The notes beneath the pieces were generated by a model, which had not been told where the DNA came from, searched no databases, and saw only the letters and a program-made list of their open reading frames with translations. From contig CAYZNH010000002.1 of NCBI GenBank assembly GCA_964479775.1, forward strand, positions 1-41,521: a stretch of 41,521 bases of DNA. Reading direction: 5' to 3'. The translations under genes were made by a program, and so were the position numbers. Positions within the stretch are counted from its first letter, which is position 1, and each line of letters begins with the position of its first letter. Shown here in pieces: positions 6,943 through 12,964 of the stretch. Source of the DNA: an uncultured Candidatus Saccharibacteria bacterium. GTDB lineage: Bacteria > Patescibacteriota > Minisyncoccia > Phycocordibacterales > GWA1-40-21.

Positions 6943-6952
6943 ATTCCAATTT

Positions 6953-7717
6953 TTATTTCAATTCCAACATGACCGGACAATGATCACTTCCCAACATATC
7001 GTCTAAAATTTCAGCCTTCTTTATTTTATCTTTTAAATCTTTTGATACAAAAAAATAGTCGAGTCTCCAACCAACATTTCTATCACGAGCAAAGGTTTTC
7101 ATATCCCACCAACTGTATTTAACTTTTTCGGGGTGTAGTGAACGAAAAGTATCCAAATACCCTTTTTCTATAACTTTATCTATCCATACACGCTCAATAG
7201 GGAGAAAACCTGTATGATTTGAGTTTTCTTTTGGTCTTGAAAGGTCTATTTCATTATGAGCTGTGTTTATATCACCACAAAAAATAACACTTTTACCTTG
7301 CTTTCGGAGTTTTTCAATAAATTTTAAAAATTGATCATAAAATTCAAGCTTATATTTTAATCTTTCTGGATCTACACCGCCATTGGGAAAATAACCATTT
7401 AACAACACAAAATCCTTAAAATAGGCAATAATCATACGTCCTTCCTTGTCTAAATCTGGTTTACCTAAACTATATTCTACTTTTTCTGGCTTTTCTTTAC
7501 TAAAAATAGCCACTCCACTATAACCTTTCCTCATTTTTGAGTGGTCAAAATAAGCATAATATCCAGCTGGGGTACGAACTTCCTCAGGAAGTTGCTCTGG
7601 ATGGGACTTTGTCTCTTGTAAACAAAAAATATCAGGATCTACCTCAAAAATAGAGTTAAAAGCTCCTTTTTTATAAAAAGCACGTAAACCGTTTACATTC
7701 CAAGATAGAATTCTCAT
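6953..7717 (-). CDS. xth: Exodeoxyribonuclease III (AP endonuclease)
   Basis: MRILSWNVNGLRA, FCLQETK, GDINTAHNEIDL and SDHCPVMLEL. Confidence 0.95.
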   Translation of the reverse strand: MRILSWNVNGLRAFYKKGAFNSIFEVDPDIFCLQETKSHPEQLPEEVRTPAGYYAYFDHSKMRKGYSGVAIFSKEKPEKVEYSLGKPDLDKEGRMIIAYFKDFVLLNGYFPNGGVDPERLKYKLEFYDQFLKFIEKLRKQGKSVIFCGDINTAHNEIDLSRPKENSNHTGFLPIERVWIDKVIEKGYLDTFRSLHPEKVKYSWWDMKTFARDRNVGWRLDYFFVSKDLKDKIKKAEILDDMLGSDHCPVMLELK

Positions 7718-7746
7718 AAATATATATTAACAATATAATAAAATTG

Positions 7747-7774
7747 TTGCAAAATCGAATATTAATAATATAAT
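7747..7774 (+). promoter_or_regulatory. Candidate sigma70-type promoter (TTGCAA-N16-TATAAT)
   Basis: ttgcaa at 7747-7752 and tataat at 7769-7774, 35 nt upstream of the ATG at 7809. Chance matches are likely in AT-rich DNA. Confidence 0.35.
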
Positions 7775-7808
7775 TATTTTATTAGTCAATTAACACAACT
7801 ATATTAAA

Positions 7809-8204
7809 ATGGAACAAGAAAAAATATTAGGTATGGAAAGTTTCAATCAATATAAAATATGGACAGAAAATCTATTAGATGGATTAAAAAAAATAGAAGG
7901 TGAAATAGAAAAAATAAATACACCAGAAGAATTAATGTCTGTTATTGGATTTGGTTATGAACAGTATGCTCGTATACTAAATGAAGTTTTTAAAGGTAGA
8001 GTAGGGGAGATGTCAATGGATCTAGAAAATATAATTAAAGAATTTAATCCAGATATTAAAATTGACTATAGAGACATACCATATGAATTAATAGAAAAAA
8101 TTGAAAAATTCAGAAGTTCTAAAGACAAAACAGACTTACCAACAAAAGAAGATGTTACCATGGCGATAAGTAACATAAAAAACTTATTAAAATCTTTTAA
8201 TTAA
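7809..8204 (+). CDS. Hypothetical protein (131 aa, acidic, helical)
   Basis: Clean ORF, 5 nt upstream of the next gene. No recognisable motif. Confidence 0.65.
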   Translation: MEQEKILGMESFNQYKIWTENLLDGLKKIEGEIEKINTPEELMSVIGFGYEQYARILNEVFKGRVGEMSMDLENIIKEFNPDIKIDYRDIPYELIEKIEKFRSSKDKTDLPTKEDVTMAISNIKNLLKSFN

Positions 8205-8209
8205 AAATT

Positions 8210-8587
8210 ATGGAAAACCAAGAAGAACAAAAAGAAACATCTGTTATAAATCAACCAGTAGAAAACAATCAGAATAAAACAAACGAAACTAATAATGATA
8301 AAATGTGGGGGATAGTGGCTTATCTTATTTTCTTTCTACCATTACTTGTAGTAAAAAATAGATCTGCTTTTCTAAACTATCATATAAATCAAGGTATAAT
8401 ACTTTTTATAGTTACTGTAATAGGAAACATAATACTAAGTATGCCTTTTAGTTATGCAATATTAATGCTCGGTCAACTTTGGGGATTGTTAATACTTGTA
8501 TTAGCTATTATAGGTATAATGAATGTAACAAAAAAAGAAATGAAACCACTACCGATTATAGGAAAACTTTATACTTTTATAAAATAG
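8210..8587 (+). CDS. Small membrane protein, DUF4870-like
   Basis: Polar N-terminus followed by three hydrophobic helices. WGIVAYLIFFLPLLVVKNRSAFLNYHINQGIILF resembles the DUF4870 pattern. The family assignment is tentative. Confidence 0.65.
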   Translation: MENQEEQKETSVINQPVENNQNKTNETNNDKMWGIVAYLIFFLPLLVVKNRSAFLNYHINQGIILFIVTVIGNIILSMPFSYAILMLGQLWGLLILVLAIIGIMNVTKKEMKPLPIIGKLYTFIK

Positions 8588-8607
8588 TTAAAAAAACAAT
8601 TTAAATA

Positions 8608-8641
8608 AAAAAGGATTTTCGCTTCGCGAAAATCCTTTTTA
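8608..8641. terminator. Bidirectional hairpin terminator; its arms are identical to the arms of repeat family 4 copy F1
   Basis: aaaaaggattttcgc-ttc-gcgaaaatccttttt lies between convergent genes. Confidence 0.8.
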
Positions 8642-8666
8642 TCTATTTTTAGTATTTAATTCGTGA

Positions 8667-9650
8667 TTATTCTGCATCCTGTCCACGTCTGTCATGAAAT
8701 TTCTTGTGTACATCCCTTAGATGTTTATCAGTAACGTGTGTATAAATCTGTGTAGTAGCTATATTTGAGTGACCCAGCATCATCTGAACAGAACGAATAT
8801 CCGCACCATTTGAAAGTAAGTCGGTAGCAAAACAATGTCTAATAACGTGTGGTGTAACTTTCTTTGTTATACCTGCGATTGTTGCATACTTTTTTACAAT
8901 TCTTTCTATTGTTCGGTGATCAAGCCCTGTAGAATATTCTTTCTTTTCAAAGATTTCTTTTTTATCTGAATTTTTCTTATCTGAACTAACCGGCACAAAC
9001 ATTGCATCAGACATATCTTTTCTTAAATCAAGATATTCTTTAATGGCTTTTTTTGCTTCACTAGAAAGAAATACTACTCTAACTTTTCCACCCTTACCAC
9101 GAATAGAAAACTCATCCATGTGTAAATCTAAATCATTTTTCAATGAGCATAATTCCGAGACACGAAGTCCTGTAGAAAAAAGTAATTCCAAAATTGCCTT
9201 ATCACGAGCTCGTCTCTCTGAATTTTGTTCTTTATCTGGTGCTTCTAACAAACGTTTAAGTTCAAACGGAGAAACAACATCGATTGTTCTTTCATTAACT
9301 TTTGCAAGTTCTATATTTTCAGCCGAAAGAGAATTGATACCGCGACGAGTTAGAAACTTAAGAAAAGTTCTAATTGCAATCATATAATAATTTTGCGTTC
9401 TTTTGTTCATATATCCACCAGACGGAGCTTTCTGATCAAAAAGGTGATAACCCTTGGCTCCAGGTCTTCTATTTAACCAAACACGAAATTCCCTAACTTT
9501 CTCATTTGTTATATCTTTTGGGTCTTTTAATCCTGTTTGTTCTAAAAAAACACTCAAATAATGATCATAATTTTCAATAGTCCTTATGGCACGACCCCTT
9601 TCTATTTCCAAATATTCCAAGAACTGTCTTTTTAAATCAAGTAAATTCAT
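8667..9650 (-). CDS. Tyrosine recombinase, XerC/XerD-like, with lineage-specific insertions
   Basis: TGLRVSEL (box I Arg), GKGGKVRVV, HVIRHCFATDLL, LGHSNIATTQIYTHV (catalytic Tyr). There is an extra Lys-rich segment SSDKKNSDKKEIFEKKEYSTG before box II. Confidence 0.9.
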   Translation of the reverse strand: MNLLDLKRQFLEYLEIERGRAIRTIENYDHYLSVFLEQTGLKDPKDITNEKVREFRVWLNRRPGAKGYHLFDQKAPSGGYMNKRTQNYYMIAIRTFLKFLTRRGINSLSAENIELAKVNERTIDVVSPFELKRLLEAPDKEQNSERRARDKAILELLFSTGLRVSELCSLKNDLDLHMDEFSIRGKGGKVRVVFLSSEAKKAIKEYLDLRKDMSDAMFVPVSSDKKNSDKKEIFEKKEYSTGLDHRTIERIVKKYATIAGITKKVTPHVIRHCFATDLLSNGADIRSVQMMLGHSNIATTQIYTHVTDKHLRDVHKKFHDRRGQDAE

Positions 9651-9715
9651 TTATTAAGTATAATATCATAAAAATTGTGCGACATATATACAAACAAAAC
9701 CTTAATACTAACCCC

Positions 9716-9744
9716 TTGCAAAAGGTCTACAATTATGCTATCAT
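9716..9744 (+). promoter_or_regulatory. Candidate promoter TTGCAA-N17-TATCAT, placed so that rpsO would be leaderless
   Basis: ttgcaa at 9716-9721 and tatcat at 9739-9744. Only 7 nt separate the -10 from the ATG at 9752, and there is no SD. Confidence 0.4.
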
Positions 9745-9751
9745 TTCCAAC

Positions 9752-10015
9752 ATGTTAACAAAAAGCAAGAAGCAAAAAGTAATAAGTGAAGTGGCTATTC
9801 ATGATACCGATACTGGTTCAGCAGGCGTACAAGTTGCTATCCTTTCTAAAAAAATTGAGGAATTAACTAAACATTTAAAGAAAAATGCTAAAGATAATCA
9901 CTCAAGAAGAGGTTTGCTAGGTATGGTTGCAGATAGAAGAAAGCACTTAAAATATTTAGAGAAACATTCTCCAAAAGTTTACGAGTCAATAATGAAGAAG
10001 GTAGGATTAAAATAA
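9752..10015 (+). CDS. rpsO: 30S ribosomal protein S15
   Basis: MLTKSKKQKVISEVAIHDTDTGSAGVQVAILSKKIEELTKHLKKNAKDNHSRRGLLGMVADRRKHLKYL. I prefer the ATG at 9752 (87 aa, normal S15 length) to the upstream start at 9677 in the ORF track. Confidence 0.93.
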   Translation: MLTKSKKQKVISEVAIHDTDTGSAGVQVAILSKKIEELTKHLKKNAKDNHSRRGLLGMVADRRKHLKYLEKHSPKVYESIMKKVGLK

Positions 10016-10016
10016 A

Positions 10017-10044
10017 TAAAAACCGCTTTAAAGCGGTTTTTATT
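10017..10044 (+). terminator. rpsO terminator
   Basis: aaaaaccgcttt-aaagcggttttt followed by atttatt. Confidence 0.8.
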
Positions 10045-10110
10045 TATTAGTGCTAAAATGTTAACAGGTCGATTTATAAAATAAGGAGTGTAAACGACTA
10101 TATTTTATTA

Positions 10111-10390
10111 ACCCTGTGTAATAAATTTTTAAATTTTATGTTTTATACATATGTATTAAAATCTAGTAAAGATAATAAACTATATGTAGGATACACAGAA
10201 AATTTAAAAATTAGATTTGAGACACATAATAAAGGTAAAGTGAAATCTACAAAAGACAGAAGACCTTTAACCATTGTATATTACGAAGCTTGTTTAAATA
10301 AAAAAGATGCTTTACATCGAGAAACATACCTCAAAACAATTTATGGTAAAAGATATATCAAAAACCGTCTCAAATCTTATTACACAGGGT
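10111..10390. repeat. 14-bp perfect inverted repeats bracketing the GIY-YIG ORF
   Basis: accctgtgtaataa (10111-10124) and ttattacacagggt (10377-10390, overlapping the last codons). A weaker outer pair is ggagtg (10085-10090) / cactcc (10406-10411). Confidence 0.75.
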
Positions 10391-10392
10391 GA
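10138..10392 (+). CDS. GIY-YIG nuclease-family protein (84 aa, domain only)
   Basis: MFYTYVLKSSKDNKLYVGYTENLKIRFETHNKG is the canonical GIY...YVG...R..H.G motif. Confidence 0.9.
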   Translation: MFYTYVLKSSKDNKLYVGYTENLKIRFETHNKGKVKSTKDRRPLTIVYYEACLNKKDALHRETYLKTIYGKRYIKNRLKSYYTG

Positions 10393-10429
10393 TTATTTTT
10401 ATATTCACTCCGTTCATTAAAAATTAATC

Positions 10430-10951
10430 ATGTCAGTAATTAAACACAAAAATCAAAGGGTTGGAATTTTTATAGATACGCAGAATTTATATCACTGTGC
10501 AAAAAATCTTTACAATGGTGCAAAGGTTAACTTTGGACAGGTAGTAAAAGATGCTTTAGCAGGAAGATCGCTTATAAGAGCAGTCGCATATGTTATAACA
10601 ACAGAATCAGGAGATGAAAAAGGTTTTTTTGATGCGCTTGAAAAAGCAGGTATAGAAACAAAAACAAAAAATTTACAAATATTTACAGGTGGTTCAAAAA
10701 AAGCCGATTGGGATGTGGGACTTGCGGTAGATGCTATCAAACTAGCACCGAAGCTTGATACAGTGATACTAGTTTCTGGAGACGGCGACTTTATTCCTCT
10801 TGTAGAATATCTAAAAGTAAACGAGGGTTGCCAAGTAGAGCTCCTTTCTTTTGGTAAATCAACATCATCAAAATTAATAGAATCAGTTGATGATTTTATA
10901 GATTTAGATCAAAATCACAGAAAATATTTGATAGGGAATTATAAGAGATAG
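10430..10951 (+). CDS. NYN-domain (LabA/DUF88-like) putative RNase
   Basis: VGIFIDTQNLYH, AVAYV, ADWDVGLAVDAI and VILVSGDGDFIPLVEYLK. Confidence 0.88.
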   Translation: MSVIKHKNQRVGIFIDTQNLYHCAKNLYNGAKVNFGQVVKDALAGRSLIRAVAYVITTESGDEKGFFDALEKAGIETKTKNLQIFTGGSKKADWDVGLAVDAIKLAPKLDTVILVSGDGDFIPLVEYLKVNEGCQVELLSFGKSTSSKLIESVDDFIDLDQNHRKYLIGNYKR

Positions 10952-10996
10952 ATAATGTTGTAGATGTTTTAATTGTAAATACAATAAAACACAAAG

Positions 10997-11053
10997 AGGA
11001 TTTTCGCAACCTAAAACAAAGATTACTTTGTTCGGTCAAGGAGCGAAAATCCT
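10997..11053 (-). repeat. Repeat family 4, copy F1 (conserved ~35-nt palindromic core nested in a terminator stem), inverted relative to F2/F3
   Basis: aggattttcgc[aacctaaaacaaagattactttgttcggtcaagga]gcgaaaatcct. The arms equal the plain terminator at 8612-8636. Confidence 0.8.
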
Positions 11054-11080
11054 TTTGTATTTCTTATTAATAAGATTGTA

Positions 11081-11108
11081 TTGACAATGTAATTACATTG
11101 TATATACT
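11081..11108 (+). promoter_or_regulatory. Toxin-antitoxin promoter (TTGACA-N16-TATACT) overlapped by an 18-bp perfect palindrome, likely the operator
   Basis: ttgaca at 11081-11086 and tatact at 11103-11108. The palindrome acaatgtaattacattgt is at 11084-11101. A second TATAAT is at 11123-11128. Confidence 0.6.
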
Positions 11109-11137
11109 TAATATATTATCGGTATAATATAAAAAAT

Positions 11138-11407
11138 ATGAACACAACACTCCAAATTAGAATAGATAAGAATGATAAGATTCAAGCTCAAAAAATTTTC
11201 AATAAAATGGGAATGGATCTTTCAACCGGAATCAAAACTTTTATAAAACAGGTTGTTATAGACAAGGCATTACCTTTTCAACCGAGAACAGAAAATGGTT
11301 TTACACCTGAATATGAAGCTATGATTCTCAAAGAATCAGCATGGGCTAAAAAATATGCAAAGAGATACGATAGTGTAAAAGAAATGATGGCAGCATTTAG
11401 AAAATAA
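11138..11407 (+). CDS. dinJ: RelB/DinJ-family antitoxin
   Basis: TLQIRIDKNDKIQAQKIFNKMGMDLSTGIKTFIKQVVIDKALPF (ribbon-helix-helix DinJ pattern). Located 4 nt upstream of the toxin gene. Confidence 0.88.
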   Translation: MNTTLQIRIDKNDKIQAQKIFNKMGMDLSTGIKTFIKQVVIDKALPFQPRTENGFTPEYEAMILKESAWAKKYAKRYDSVKEMMAAFRK

Positions 11408-11411
11408 AATT

Positions 11412-11690
11412 ATGCCAAAGATATATCCTTCAAAACATTTCGAAAAATCCCTTAAAAAACTTTTAAAATCCGGAAATTTTGATGACACCAAACTAGAAAA
11501 AATATTAACCATACTTGAAGAAGGAGAAAAACTAGAAGCAAGACATAAAGATCATCAATTAACAGGTAATATGGCACGGTATCGTGAATGTCATATAGAA
11601 AATGATCTTTTACTTATTTATGAAATATCACAATCTGGTAATTATATAGAAGTTATTGATATTGGCAGTCATTCAGATTTATTTGAATAA
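11412..11690 (+). CDS. yafQ: YafQ/RelE-family mRNA interferase toxin
   Basis: HKDHQLTGNMARYRECHIENDLLLIYE...IGSHSDLFE matches the YafQ signature (DH.L.G....ReCHI..D.LLIY...GSHsdLF). Confidence 0.9.
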   Translation: MPKIYPSKHFEKSLKKLLKSGNFDDTKLEKILTILEEGEKLEARHKDHQLTGNMARYRECHIENDLLLIYEISQSGNYIEVIDIGSHSDLFE

Positions 11691-11704
11691 AAAATAATAT
11701 ACAG

Positions 11705-11761
11705 GGGATTTTTGCTTCCTGACCGAACAAAGTAGTCTTTGTTTTAGGTCGCAAAAATCCC
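11705..11761 (+). repeat. Repeat family 4, copy F2
   Basis: gggatttttgc[ttcctgaccgaacaaagtagtctttgttttaggtc]gcaaaaatccc followed by a T-run. Confidence 0.8.
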
Positions 11762-11764
11762 TTT

Positions 11765-11870
11765 TGTATTGTCATTCCGTTGAAAAACGGAATCCATGTT
11801 TGATTTTAATTAATGGATTCCGGCCTCCGCCGAAATGACACAACTACAACAATTACAACATCTATAACAG
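11765..11870 (+). repeat. Repeat family 3, expanded copy (TGTATTGTCATTCC...GAAATGACACAA plus an ACAA-rich tail)
   Basis: tgtattgtcattcc...nested hairpins attccg/cggaat and ggaatccat/atggattcc...gaaatgacacaactacaacaattacaacatctataaca. The tail parallels 22816-22852. Confidence 0.65.
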
Positions 11871-12008
11871 TTAAAACATAGGTATTTTTCTATATTCCAC
11901 ATTCACTATTCAATATTCTAATTCACGGGCTTGCTTGCAAGAGAGAGAGAGAGAGTAAAATACAAATATTGGAAACAACTCCAATTTTAATAATTAATTA
12001 TAAACATT

Positions 12009-12719
12009 ATGAACGAAAAAGGAGAAGGGGTTTCGATAGAACAAACAGTTGAAAAACCAACCAAAATAGAAGTTGTGTATACAAAACCAGATAATACACA
12101 AGAAACTATTGTTTTAGATTTTGAAAAAGAACTTGCTGATTTTTTAGATTTTTATAAAAAAACCGGAATAGATTTACCAGCAGATTTTGAAGATTCCATG
12201 AGAGATATATGGAATAGAAATCAAAAACAAATACAAAAAGAAATTGAAGGTAATGGTTTTGATGAAGTTTTACTTGTTCCTGGTAAAATATCTCTTGAAG
12301 AATTAGCAAAAAAAATGATTATGGGGTATGGATATCGTACAGATGGTAATTTTGCAGAAGATGGATCTTTCCGTAGTGCCATGGGTATAAATGTATATAA
12401 ATCTCGTATATTATTAGTTCACAAAGTAAAAGAACTCACAGATAGACCAGAACTTACACAGACACTAAATATTAAAGCAGAAGATATAGATTTATTAAAA
12501 GCCCTGTCACTTGAAGATTACCTTATATTCTCGAGAAAATTCTTTGAAGAAACCGGGGAACATCTAGACACAACAAAAGAAACTTGGACTTCTACTAAAT
12601 CTGCTGGTCACCTCATTTATGTAAAGTGGGGTCAAAAAAAAGAACTCTGTGTGTATTCTTCTAATATTAACTATAATAATCCTAACATTGGTTTTCGTCC
12701 TTCTTCTTGTCTTGAATAA
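12009..12719 (+). CDS. Hypothetical protein (236 aa), flanked by family 4 repeats
   Basis: Clean ORF with no recognisable family. The C-terminal NPNIGFRPSS is only vaguely reminiscent of FGE/SUMF1-type ...GFR endings, so no function is assigned. Confidence 0.65.
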   Translation: MNEKGEGVSIEQTVEKPTKIEVVYTKPDNTQETIVLDFEKELADFLDFYKKTGIDLPADFEDSMRDIWNRNQKQIQKEIEGNGFDEVLLVPGKISLEELAKKMIMGYGYRTDGNFAEDGSFRSAMGINVYKSRILLVHKVKELTDRPELTQTLNIKAEDIDLLKALSLEDYLIFSRKFFEETGEHLDTTKETWTSTKSAGHLIYVKWGQKKELCVYSSNINYNNPNIGFRPSSCLE

Positions 12720-12749
12720 ATAAACAAAAAAATATATTTGTGATACTAT

Positions 12750-12815
12750 AAAGGCGGAAAATTGCTTCTGACCGAACAAAGTAATCTTTGTTTTAGGTCG
12801 CAATTTTCCGCCTTT
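12750..12815 (+). repeat. Repeat family 4, copy F3
   Basis: aaaggcggaaaattgc[ttctgaccgaacaaagtaatctttgttttaggtc]gcaattttccgccttt. Confidence 0.8.
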
Positions 12816-12964
12816 ATTAGTAATGTTTGGTTTTTGGATAGATAGATCGGAACTCCGTTCTTATCTAAAATCTAAAAATCAGACTTAATATTAGGTATTT
12901 TTTGCCAAGGAGACGCCTTTTTAAAGATTTAAGGCCTCACCTTTTCAAAAAATACAAAAATAAA

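Noticed and set aside
9677-9751. Upstream extension of rpsO (ORF-track start 9677) and TTG start of pnp at 12902
   Set aside because: The extensions add non-conserved residues before normal-length S15 and PNPase N-termini. For rpsO the extension overlaps a good promoter. The internal ATGs at 9752 and 12965 are preferred.
10997-12815. CRISPR array interpretation of the recurring palindromic repeats
   Set aside because: The repeats are 650-1000 nt apart and separated by complete genes. One copy is inverted, the arms differ between copies, and no cas gene is present.
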